From: Raillietiella orientalis
Taxonomy: Eukaryota
Length of the DNA stretch: 64,000 bases
Assembly: GCA_036172245.1 (NCBI GenBank)
Contig: JAYWIR010000004.1
Span: 5,022,001 to 5,086,000 of the forward strand
Direction: 5' to 3'
A program made the translations under genes and the position numbers. How positions within the stretch are numbered: position 1 is the first letter of the stretch; each line of letters begins with the position of its first letter. Shown here piece after piece: positions 40,681 through 52,985 of this stretch. The notes under the pieces are model-generated. The model worked only from the letters and a program-made list of their open reading frames with translations. It was not told the origin of the DNA and searched no databases.

Positions 40681-43577
40681 GCCGCCGCGGCGGACCGCCT
40701 GCGACTGCCCTCGGGGGCTTCCTGAAATCCTTTTTAGAATCCGAAAGATCAGCATCTCGAGAATCGGGATCAAGGCAGAAGCAATGCTAACACAAGTGTA
40801 CCTGTGAATACTGATGTGGCTTTCACACATCACAAACGAATTCTCCATATTCCTGTCTTTCAGATAGCCAGCGCGTAAGGATCATCTTAGGGAACATTTT
40901 GAGGAGCAAAGCACATGCTGGGAACCCTGAATGTTTGTTCACTGAGCTCGGGTTGACTTTCCGATCAAATTATCCTTCCATTTTTCGAAACGTTCGTCAT
41001 CAAAGCATCTCAAATTCCAACAAGGAAGGGAAACTATGAGTCTATTTTTCCATGTGCCGACTCCTGCAAGTAAACTTATCCATAGCTTAATTTTCACATT
41101 GGAACAAAGGTGATCCTTAGAGAAGTAAAAAAAAAAAATCAAGAGAATTGGAAGGCGGAACATTTTCTATGATGGGAAATCAACAGAACCTTTCTAATCC
41201 TTTCCAAACATAATTATGTCCTTGAGTTTGTAGGCAGCCTTGGAAGTTGTCTGGAAAGCTGAAACAAAATGAGAACCCTTTGAAAAATCAATTCCTTTGA
41301 GAAATCTCGAGCAACAAAACCATGAACTCAGTGATGGACAGATTGACATCTTGGGAAAAGTAACTTTTGTCGCGTAGGCAACTGAATTTGGAGAAAAAAG
41401 TGATGTCTTTCAATTGATGATTTGATTTATTGACACTTCCTTCCTTGTAGCTTTTAGAATCTCTGAAAACTTTGTTCTTCCTTTAATTCTTTGAAGCAAC
41501 AGGTTTGCTTCGGTGTAAAGCACGTCCATGTAATAAAATCTGTTTTAAAAGATGCTCAAGTTCTCATGGCCTGCTCTCATTTCAAACGCTAGTCCCCAGG
41601 AAGAAAGGAAAAAAAGAAAAAAGCTGCTGCTCGAAACTCAGATGGTTTATGGAATGAACTTGTAACAATTAACTGATCCTAAAAAATTTCCGAATAATCA
41701 TAAGTCCCTATCTACATGACAGCATCAAGAGGTCAACTACTCCCTCCCAGTCGTTGTGGCTTTATTTCGATTCAAATCTTCACCTAACTTCTCATTTCAA
41801 TATTCAGGGTAATTCTGTCCTTTCTTAGCAATTATGTTGTAAAAATAGTTTGCTTTAATAACACCTTTTGATACATCTCAAAATGTCTTCTCTCACAATA
41901 AGGTTTTTCGAGAAAAAATTTGGACTGTATTCAATTTATTGTATGAAACGAATTACTATCTTGTAACTGTGGTAACATGTAAAAAGAATAAAGCAAGGTA
42001 AAAGGCTCATTCAGATCTTTCAGTTTGCTTATAATAAAATCTATACACTCACTATAATTGAAAACTAGCATGATTAAAATGCTCTTCTACTAATATTGAC
42101 AAGAACCACGTTTACTAATTTGAAAACTGATTGTAAATTTGCCTTTTTATTTATAATGATATGCTTCCATTTATTTTTCTTCCATTTTATTCAGTAGAAG
42201 CGAACGTATGTTGTGTATAGTATAAGTATAAACAGTAGAATATAAACGCTCCAAAAACATGCTGATCTTTTACTTTAATTGTGCTATTCTTCTGTTTATG
42301 TGATGACACTTTTTGACAACTATAATGTAAAAACAGCTTAGTATTATGTCGCTGGCTTGTCCTAGAGACCACTAACTCTTTTCCTTGTTGATATATTATG
42401 AACCTTTTTTTTTCTTTTTTTCTTTCTTTCTCGTGACTGCTGAAAGTAGGAATAATCTTACATCAGAGATCTTGTAATCGGACCAACATTTTGTATTTCG
42501 CGTTACACTGGATCATTTTGAATCGGGGGATTGTTTTAAGAAAGTTCAGTGCTATAGAACGGCATATGAAGGAAAAAATTTACCATGGATCTCCGATCTT
42601 CTTGCATTCATCTCCAGTTTTAATTTGCATCTGCTTATTTGTGCTTATTTGCTTTTGAGGGTGCTCATGGCGGTAAACAGAACCAGCAAAAAGTATAGTC
42701 ATATTATAATAAGAAAATTAAGTACGATAATGTCAGCTTAGTAAGCTGAAAGAATGAAAACAGTGCAATCAAATTCTTTGAATCCAGAATTATGAGGCGA
42801 ATCATTTTCGTTTCATGTTTGCTTTTCCATCTTGGAAAAATCTTGGAAAAATTTTCAAACATTGTTATTGAAAAAGCTGCAAATATTTATTATATTACAC
42901 CAACTGCATTTTCGTTTTTGCCCTCCGATTTTAGGCTTAAAAATGTTACTTTAGTTCTAATTTCCAAAGGATTTTAATGTCAGATATCAAAATACTGCTT
43001 CAATTATATCGTACGGAATGTACATTATATACGAAGCCAAATTTAATACCCAAATTATTTTAATATTTTTTCTTTATTTTGTATGAAATTCAAGAGCTCA
43101 TTTCCAGATATAATGAAAACTTTGTCAAAAGAAGTTACTTTAACTTGAAGTTGTATCAACTTGCCATTTTCTTAGCTGTGCAATCCTGATTTGAGAGTTT
43201 AAAATTTACTGTGTAATTTAAGTTTTTGTGAAATAAGTAAATGATTTTGTGCAAATAGAGGTATTGTTTCTAGTATTTTGCCGTCATGTCATAAGATCTT
43301 GATGTACAGCATCTTATGCATGGTGCCATTGTATTTTCCTGAAAATGAACTTTGTAAGAACGATGAAAATTCAGAAGGTTCTAAAAAGGCAGTAAAAATA
43401 GCTTTATAAATTTGTTTTGAGTAAGCATCCGCGTGAGTGATGCTAAAGGTAGATTCCAGTGATGGGTTATATACATATGTGGGGTATTATTTGCCTATTT
43501 TGATGTCAATTTAGGTATTTCTAATTAAGTTATATTCTAGAAGTTTATTGTATTCTTGTTACAAAATTTGTTCAATC

Positions 43578-45349
43578 ATGGTGGCTGAACAAGGTATTGA
43601 TGTGGAAATGAAAGCTTGTGATACAGTAGATGAGGATTCTCAAGATGCTAACTTGTTGACCCTGGAAGGTAAAATTGATGTGTGAATCTACTATCTTTGC
43701 CTATCAGATCTAAAGGAACAGGTTAAATTGATCGAAAAAGCTGTACTAAATAAGGAACCCAGATTTCTTTTGCGAGTCCTTCGAGCATTAAGTGCTACTC
43801 GAAAAAGGCTGACTTCTTCAGTATTGAGGCGATTGATTGGCAGTTTCTATACCTATTCAAGCACAGAGCGAGACCTTCTGCTACTGTTCCTAGATGTATG
43901 TCTAGAAAGTGCAGAATCATACGCAGAAATAGCTTGGTTTTCAGAATGTAGAAAGAGAACTATCTGTCAACTTTCGACCTCGCAGTGCTAGACAAAGTAT
44001 GCAGCCTCTTCTTCCAGAAGTGGATGTGTACCTTCATTTACTTCTTTTAATTTATTTACTGGATAATGGTCAACATAAGAAAGCTGTCCAGTGTGCTGGT
44101 ACTAGTTCACAATAAACATGCAACAAATAATCATTTGGAATGCAGATCAGTTGATGAAAAAGATAACTGCACAAAATCGCCGTTCTCTGGATCTCTTGGC
44201 AGCAAAGTGCTATTTTTATTACTGTCGTAGCTATGAGTTAACCAGTCAGTTACATAAGATTCGAAGCTTTTTGTACAGCCAACTACGTACAGCTACTTTA
44301 CGCAGTGATCATGAAGGGCAAGCAGTCCTGATTAATTGTTTATTACGCAACTATTTAAGCTACAATTTATATGACCAGGTGACATTGCATTTGAAATTAA
44401 CTGTTGTGTTGAAAAGCAAGTTTTTTAGGCTGATAAGCTGATTTCCAAATCATCTTTCCCAGATCACATTAGCAATAATGAATGGGCTCGCTTTCAGTAT
44501 TATATGGGGCGAATTAAAGCTATTCAGTTAGAGTATTCGGAGGCTCATCATCATCTGCTGCAAGCTCAGCGTAAAGCCCCACAACACACTGCTGTTGGAT
44601 TCAAACAAGCTGTTCAGAAGCTGCTTGTAACAGTGGAGCTTTTGATGGGAGATATTCCAGAAAGACAGCTTTTTCTGCATGCCTCTACACGTCGCTCATT
44701 GGTTCCTTATTTTCAGTTGACACAAGGTAAACATTCAGCCTTTGCTTACAAGAAATGAAGAGATTGTTAGCTGTCCGCATGGGTGACTTAGCCAGATTTG
44801 GAGAAGTCTTAGAAAACTTTGGATCACAATTTGAGGCTGATCACACATATGCACTGATTTTGCGTTTGCGTCACAATGTGATTAAGACAGCTCTTCGTGC
44901 AGTCAGTCTAAGTTATTCACGCATTTCCTTGGCTGACATTGCTCAGAAGCTGATGCTAGATTGCCCAGAAGATGCAGAGTTTATTGTAGCCAAAGTGAGT
45001 AGCCAAATTACACAGTCACCTTACTATCTTTTAATTGTTTTTTGTTGTTATTTTGTTTTGGCAGTGCATTCGAGATGGAGTAATTGAAGCTGTGATAGAC
45101 CATAGCCAAGGTTATGTTCAGAGTAAAGAGCCGCTTGATATTTACAGTAGTCAAGAACCTCAGGTGGCCTTCCATCAACGTATCCAATTTTGCTTGAACA
45201 TTTATAATCATTCTGTAAAAGCATTGCGGTTTCCTCCAAGGTCATATAACAAGGATTTGGAATCAGCAGAGGACAGGAGGGAACGAGAACAGCAGGATTT
45301 GGAAATGGCCAAAGAAATGGCAGAAGAAGAAGATGATGGATTTCCTTGA
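43578..45349 (+). CDS. PSMD3: 26S proteasome non-ATPase regulatory subunit 3 (Rpn3), 490 aa
   Basis: Exons 43578-43668, 43708-43895, 43945-44098, 44146-44378, 44429-44726, 44771-44994, 45065-45349; total 1473 nt. Motifs [97 protein letters not shown] at 45357. Confidence 0.97.
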
Positions 45350-46639
45350 AATGCACAATAAATATTATAAATTTTCGGTTTATTGGAGTTTCTGATCCGA
45401 TATTCCAAATTTATACTTGGTCAATATGGATTTAAATTATGAACTCACTTTGGCATTCTATGTAAAATGCTTATTTCCCCGGATTAAATGCTTGATTTCA
45501 TGAAACCAAACGCACTTTGTAAACGAAAATCTGCATTAATCTTCAGAAAAGCTGCTCATAAGTGATAGGAATTTAAGTTCTTTTGATATCAACAGTGGAT
45601 GCTAATTGTGGTAATATACATAAAATTTATGAAATAATAGCCAAATAGAAGGTATGTGTGTTATGGAATGATGCTATTTCATTCATAGTGACGATTTGTG
45701 ACAAAAAAGGTTTTCTTTGATAGAAAGCCAGTGATGCATTACAAATGAATTTTTTTCTCGACACTTGAAAATTGTAAGTCTCCACTCCTTGCACAAGGTT
45801 TTGACCCTTATGCCATCAGACTTTTATAAAACTAAGATGGTTTAGAGAGTGGTATTTTCATCATGTATTTTGAAGACCTTCCAATGAAGCCTTTTTTGTG
45901 ACTCACATTCCACTGTGCTTTATATTTAATGTGCATGGGATATTGAGTAATGATAGGATTTATTAACTGTTATAATAATTGTTCAATCCTAAGCTTTCAA
46001 AGTACAGATCCTCAGTACTAATTCAATAGTATTACGTTTCAATGAAAACTCTTTGCTAGAAATCAATTCTTCTTAATTGATGAGATTGATGATCAGTCAG
46101 TCCTATGATTCTTATACTTTAGCAATCTCATAAAAAAATAGGTATAATTGAACACCTGTGCCAAAACACCAGGGACCTCTGGCCTTAACCTTTGGTTCTA
46201 CTCTTCCGTAGTGCTAAATTCCTCTGAGCATGCCGTCCAGATAGATGGCACATTTCAGTTCACTGTCTTTGAAGAAGTGAGAGTAGAAAAGGTGTGTTAG
46301 GGAACAAGCAAGGTAGTGAACGATTTCCTGGACCAATTTGTCAAGACTCGCGGACATACGAATTAGTCTTGAACAGAGAAGCTTGACGGCATTCTTGATC
46401 CCACGGTTTTTAAGCATTTGTTTACTGCAGAAATCTTTCCATTAGAAACGTTCTCCGTAATGCTTCTTTCCAAGTCGACGTAGCATAATTATGCCTTTGG
46501 AAAAGGTGTCGTCGAATCTTTTGAAATATGCCTCGATGAAATCTTTTTGACTACGACGCCCGAAAGCATGCACAAGCAGTTTACTGACTGCTTTTCTAAA
46601 GGGTGGAGAGGTACTTGCATAGTGTGCAACCATGCTTCG

Positions 46640-48080
46640 AGCTGTTTACCTGGAGAACTGAAGACCTTCCAAGAGAGTAGATTATAATTGGTTTCAGCTT
46701 TATGTTGCCGTTCCCAACACAAGCTATAGAAATGAGAAATTTGTGGACAGCTCTGGCCATTACTCCCAGTGGATACAGTGCGTTCCTCAAGCAAGCTCGA
46801 ATTTTCTTGTTTAGAAACACAAACGTGGAGACCTCCGGGTTTCTAAACAAACCATGCATAAATCCGATGTTTGTACAGTCGCGCAGGTGCAAACAGTCCG
46901 GAGGAAAAGGGTTTTCCTCCGCGCAGATGAGTATGCGGCTTGAGTGGACAATCACAGACGACAGTGGATTCAAATTTCAAGAACCAATCCCATCACATTT
47001 CTTATTTTGAGACTAAGGGGGATAATGGATGTCAATGTTATCGGGGAACTAATTAAAATTAATTAGATTTTAATGAACATTTTCTCCATGCCTCGGTTGC
47101 CATTGGGGAAAGGAGCACATTTAAGAGTGTATTGACATCTCGAGATCATCCGCTGTCTTTTTACTGATGTATGGAAGAGAGTTTCAAAAAAGGTAGGTTA
47201 CACAAGAATCCATGCTAAGAAGCTTCAACCCATGAGGAGCACAAGTTTGAAGCAAGGAAGAAGGCAAGCAACACTACGTTCGGATGCACTTTTGGAAGTG
47301 TTTACTGCATGTATCAGAACCTTTATAGAAGAGCAACCGGTACTGATCAGGCATACTCGAGTTTTCTACTTTTTAATTCAGACAGTTGTTTAATGCGGAT
47401 ATGGTGAGAGAACAACACAAATCACCCAGCCTCTCCAAAGATGTACTCGGTCCGACATTTCTGATTTGAATAATCATTCTAAATTACCAGCAAATGCCAA
47501 GTGGATCTGAGATGATAATGGCAAGACGAAGAACAGCGTTCTATTTCCGTGTTCTTAGCAATGGCAGGAAATGAACACATATTCCCAGAAAAACAAGTTT
47601 TAAGCAAACTCGTAAACATCTATGGGTCTATTGCTAATGCTCGTGTTAAATTACGCAACCAAAGCATTTGTCACAGGTTTGTCTGCCTTCATCTTTTCGT
47701 CTCCTCAATTTCCCAGCTTGATGATTTGATTTTTCAACTAGTTTCTCTCCTTTATAATACCTAAGTGAAATCGTACTGCACCTATGTGAGTTGCATAACT
47801 AAAGCTGCCGGTATCTAGAAGGATTCCGTTCATCCATATTTTCATCATCATGTGGGTGATGAATATCAACAGAGGCATTGCATTTGTCTGGTATAGGATG
47901 CTTTCCGATTTCCAAGATCACTGGCACTCTCTGGAGTGTCTCTGAATCTTTCTTGTATTCAAGAACACTGTGATTAGAGTTCTAGGCTCCTTCCAATGAA
48001 ATGGTCTTGCTATCCTGTTGTCACTGTTGTATTTAAAATGCGGTTTACGGTCTACAAGGAATCCCTGGTTTGGGAGAAAA
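46640..48080 (+). mobile_element. Decayed RTE LINE, longest relic (RT through C-terminus)
   Basis: Ordered motifs: LPGELK, KQARI, GKGFS...RLEWTITDDSGF, LDFNEHF (LDFEKAF), EIIRCLFTD, QGRRQATLRSDALL (GVRQG..LSP.LF), LFNADM (YADD), NGKTK, NIYGSI (KYLGSI), SICHRF, LYNT*VK.VLHLCE (LYN.LV.PVLLYGCE), GLRSTRNP (G.RSRGRP). Confidence 0.65.
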
Positions 48081-48744
48081 ATACACCGTGTTCGCTGATG
48101 ACGGTGTTGGTTTAAATTGATTGAAAACTGAATCATATGATTTGAAGCCCGAATTACTCACTGAAACATTTCCCTTTCAAAATGATAACTCAGGGCACAT
48201 TTTAATGGAAAGAGAATTACTTTTTGATTTCTTAGAGCTGAAATGATCCTTATTCAAGGACACTATTTGCTAACAACACTTATATTGAAACTCTTTTTGC
48301 TTCATCTAAAGGGCTAATTTTCCAACTTTCTTAGATTTAAAAAAACATGTTTTTCTTTTTTTCCGGAAATATGTGGTATCTCATCAAAAGGAACTCGTAC
48401 ATTTCTTAATAATCGTAGCTATTCATTGAACAAGATCTCTAAGGTTTTTTTTTTTTTTCGATCGAAATATCCCGTTGTCATGTATCGAGTAATGAATAAA
48501 TGGCAGCTCTGCATTCCAAATCAGTTCAATACACTTTCTTAATGTTCCGCAAAAGCACCTGAAAGGCTAGTTCACTCCGATCCACTCCGATCGTGCTAAT
48601 TTTTCGACTCGTAATGCTACACCCAGCTCTGATTTTTAAGCACAGGTTTCCTCATTTGGCTGAATCCTCACGCTGATGTGTACTAGCCTTACTTAATTTG
48701 CCTTATAATATATCAGCAGTAATAATTGTACTGTTTTGTACAAG

Positions 48745-49091
48745 GAACTAAGTATGTAAGAGATGATGGTCATGATGATTTTTTACTCTTATTATTGAAC
48801 CGCGAAGCCTTTGATCTTCACAGAAAACTGAAATCTTTCTTCAATGTTAGCCTTAACTGTCCGTATAAAACATCACTTTCATTGGTTTTCTCTTTGCCTA
48901 ATCCTCACTGTTTCCTCTCCCATTTCTTTACAGCTGTCATCTTTCGAGAGTGTATCAAGTTTGAGATTTTCTGAACTAAGTGATATGGAAGAGGAAGAGT
49001 GAAAGTTGATCATCAAGGACTCAGGAAGCACAGGAGACGAGCTGCTTTGTGCACACTGATCAATGACTGATGCATTCTCAGCTTGCACCAA
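48745..49091 (-). mobile_element. Possible decayed RTE fragment
   Basis: VQAEN, SLMIN (GL.IN), TLSKDDSCKE (TISKDGSC..E), FSVKIK (IS.KTK). Confidence 0.35.
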
Positions 49092-50189
49092 GTATACTTT
49101 TTTTTTTTTTTAATCTCCCCTTTGAAATATATCTGCATACATAGAAATCTTTCATCTGTATGCAATCTTCCAGGTCTAAGTGCTTACGTAAAGCTAATCA
49201 CTTATCATTTAAGTTACTACAATTCAGGCTCGAATTGATGTTCTCAGAGTGACTAGGAAGCAAGGATATTAAGGTATCGAGATGACATTGAAGAATGGGT
49301 TGGATTTGTTCAATATTAAGAACAAACAAAAGCTATGAAAGGTACAAAATTGTTGGTTTGTAACTTTCATAATTCCCTGGTGAAGAAAGAAACTTTTCAT
49401 GATAAACCAAAACCACATAAATCTGCAAGGTCTTGCTGGTGCAGGTAATTTCTCTCAAAACTACATTTTCCTTTTTTCCGGTTTTGCTATATGGTTTTAC
49501 CTTTTTTCTTTTTTTTTTTAAAAAAAATCTAGCTTGACAAAGGGTATTCGAGCTTTAATTTTTTGCCCACTTCTTAGGGTTCATTAATCGAAAAAGGATT
49601 GACTTGGCTTCTTAAAACGAATGCATAGAAGGAGACAAAGTGTGGTGACATTCTCCCGAGTTTCCAAATATGTTTTTTGTTATTCATGAACAGGAATATT
49701 TTGCAGGTTGTTTTGAAGTGTGCTCTATTCCCTCCGGTCGAACGTTCAAGCGTGTGGCTGCTGTGCAGTTCTGGGCCGTCACATCTGTAGGTTCATGTTC
49801 TCGAATTAAGCGCTGGGTCTGCTGGGTAACGTATTTGATAAACAGTTAAAAAAGGAACTCTACATCCCTCTAATAAGAAATAGATATAGAGAAAATCGCG
49901 ACATCTCAATTCGAATTGTGTTGGTAAATGAAACTCTCACCTAGGTAACTCGAGCGACTTTTTCGAGATTTCTGGGAAAATGCTTTTGCGACAGCTAATC
50001 TTGACATCTTCACTCGAAAGATCCAGGATTCAGGATACAGAATGCAAGGCAGGGATTTCCCGCCGCTTCCATTGCTGCTTCAACCTTTCCAGCTTCCTCC
50101 TCATTGAACAATAGCTGATGCATGGCGGATGTTCACGGGTGGTTTCTACGATGAGGTGAGGGTGTTGCTGTGCGGGCATGAGCCGCCGG

Positions 50190-50740
50190 AATTCCAGCCC
50201 GAGGTCTTGCGTCTGATACTCTGAGTTGCTTCACTGTGTCCTCTGTTTAGTTGGATTTCGGCAATGTGTAGGGCCCACCGCGTTGTTTCGACTACGCAGT
50301 CTGTTCCTGGTTGTTCGGAAGCTGTTTGATTTGGTGCGCAGGATGTCGGACGACACCGTCATTTTGCTAAGCTGGTTCGCAAGCGGTCATGGATTTTCTT
50401 GCTCTCGCACAACGCCGTTTCTCCTAGGATTCCAGGATCCCAATGAACCGATGATAATCGCGCGAACTGACGCTTGGATTCTTAAGAATAAAAAAGGGAG
50501 AGCTCATGGTTCAAATACTTTCCTGCTTGGCTTTCGCATGACCTCTTGAAGGCCTGCATGGGTGCGTCGAACATTCCTTTTTCTCAGGACGGGGTCGGAT
50601 CTCAGAGATGAATCTGCTCCGGGTCTTTTCGCTGGAGGCTGGAATCGTTTGTGTGTCGCCACCTCGATCTAGGCGTCGTACCTTTCGATACAGAGTTAAA
50701 AGTGACTCCTCATGATTTCAAATGCATGGCAGCCTTTAAC
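50190..50740 (+). mobile_element. Decayed non-LTR RT fragment (clade uncertain, possibly Jockey/I-like)
   Basis: NSSPRS (NYRPIS), VGFRQ..TALFRL, LFLVVRKLFDLV (FLDV.KAFD.V), LFAGG (LFADD), RHLDL....LKVTPHDFKCMA (LD....W..KVNP.KC.A). Confidence 0.45.
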
Positions 50741-52985
50741 ACCGACGGCAAGATCGATCTCCTATTTCCTGGCTCTTGCTCCGATGGACAGGAGATCAAG
50801 ACGTGGGGCATGTATGAATTTGCCGTCTGCAAGGTGAATATCTGCACAGTTCCTCCACTTATTTTCCTCGTTGTTGGTAAGAGAATGGCTGGTAGTTCTG
50901 TGCCATTCTACGTGGCAAGTGGTCTTTTCTTGATCAATACGTATCTACATTAGGAACTGTTCGATTAGGCAAACTTGGAAATCATCCAAACTCCATTAAC
51001 AGTGTTCTTTGAACGCCAAGTTTTGTAAATAATTCCAACACAGAGATCATCTGTACTGCACTCATCAGAATTTCTATCTATTTTTTTTTTTTTTTTTGTA
51101 ATTTTGAATGACTGGCGTCCAGGCAAAACTTAGCATATTGATTATTCTAAGTAGAACTTGAAAGCAGTGATAAAGAATAAGCAATTTTTTTTCCCTTTCG
51201 ATTCAAAGGTGTACACACATCAGAAGTGTCATAAGAAATGAAAAACATAGCAAAATTCCAAAGAAAAGATTTAAAAGAATTGACTTAGCAAACAGAATCT
51301 AAATTCTTATCAAATAACTTAAACAGAAGAAGACAGTATGCTAGAAACCGATGCTATCTCATTGCAGGAAAAGAATCTTTAATAATGAAAAAAATAAAAA
51401 TAGAAAACCAAGGTTCCTTGTAATTGGAAGCATACCCTTCCTAAGCAGTAATAAATGAGAACTTGAAATTGTTTTTTTTTCTGTCATGGATAAATTTTTT
51501 TTCCTCAAATCCTGTTGTATGCTCTTGCATGGATATTGAAATTGAAAACTCAATCTGTTCTTGCACATATTTGAGCAGTGCAGCAGGAAGGATAAGTACC
51601 TTCGATAAATATGAAATACTAGAAAGGGAGCAGTTTTAAAAGAGAAAACACATGGCATCCGTTACATACGTACGTTCTACTTTAATTAAACTACTCACTG
51701 TAATTAAATTGGACTTGTTACTATGCAACAGCTCGTGACAAGTAACAGATACCTTACTTTCTATCTGTTTCTATCTCTTTCTATCATCTACATCTATGAA
51801 ATTCACAATAATTGCGATGTTTTTAATTTACATTGTGAATTTCACAGAATAGGAAGACACAAGCGTGACACGGATCATCAGTGATTGGCATCTGAAGGTC
51901 GTCAGCGCTTAGGTTCCTGTCGTCGAACGTCCTCGCTTCCTGTTCTGGGTTTCAGGATCTGAGGGAACCAAATTGTCGGAATGCTTAGATATTTCCAGCC
52001 GAAGAATCGGCAAAGTGCCCCCAGACGAATCATTTCTGTGTGCGCAGCCTGGCGTCCGAGAGGTCCTGATCACTTCCATGCCGTGCGAACGGCCCCCGGG
52101 GGCCGAAGCTGAGTGTTTCCTTTGGTGTCTTCCAACGCACCTCGCGCAGCTACGTGTCGCTCAACGAACACCGAAGTCTTTTCCCGACGGGAAAGCCGAA
52201 CCCTACGTGCCTTCTGCAGAAGGGCAGGCGGAAGAGTCGCGTCCACTATCCACCGGCGCGCGGGCTCTCTGCGATCCGGCCCCACGTGTGAGCGAGATCA
52301 CAATATTCCAGTAATTGCTTTGATTGAGCCGTAAAACTCTAGATGCGGTCGGTGGGTGTAGTCGTGCCTGACCCCAGCGCCTACGCGGTGGGATCGCGGT
52401 AGGGAGGGAGCTGCAAGTGCCCATTGCCGCAGATGCAATCGAAGCAGATCCATTCGAGTTTCGTTTCGTGAAGCCCCAAGGAAGTGCGTGTGTCCTTGCG
52501 GAGAGAGCGGGACGGGATGCTGTGCCACTGGTGTGGATCACAGCTGTTTGGAGTGACTGGAAACAATTTTTGGTTATTCTTATTCCTCCGCCGTTCCTCG
52601 GAGCCGCCTCCTCCCTTCCCCCCTGCTTGGGTTTGAATTCGAGATGTCTGTGGTTGGGATGTCTTCAAGGATGTGAAGGACTTCAGAAAACGTGTCGCTA
52701 GGTGCTGCAAGTTTGGCACCTGCTGTCCTCGTTCCATTCTGAACGGCAGTCATTACATTTTACAACCGTGCGTGTATTCCGACCGTTTCCATTGAAAAAG
52801 ATTTCTGATTAATGTAGAAGTTGCCTTGGAGATACCGTGCGAGTTACAGTGTCATCATGTAACTGTGATTGTGTTTGCGATGGCTGTTTGAAATTGTGAT
52901 TAGCTTTCATGATTTTTTCTTCTTCAAATGCCAACTGTAGATTAGGTGATGAAAATGGAAAGTGTTCTGAGATCATAAATTAGAT

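Noticed and set aside
31977..40790. Dozens of overlapping 100-313 aa Arg/Pro/Gly-rich ORFs on both strands
   Set aside because: Expected from stop-codon scarcity at high GC; only the qsm exons and LINE-derived motifs are recognisable
31980..40790. Bacterial HGT or contaminant explanation for the GC-rich block
   Set aside because: It contains spliceosomal exons of an animal ZP gene whose probable first exon lies outside the block, plus LINE relics; no operon-like ORFs
46214..46973. Minus-strand ORFs (63, 67 and 125 aa) that looked like a gene or pseudogene
   Set aside because: No recognisable family or splice structure; they overlap or abut the plus-strand RTE relic and are probably its antisense shadow
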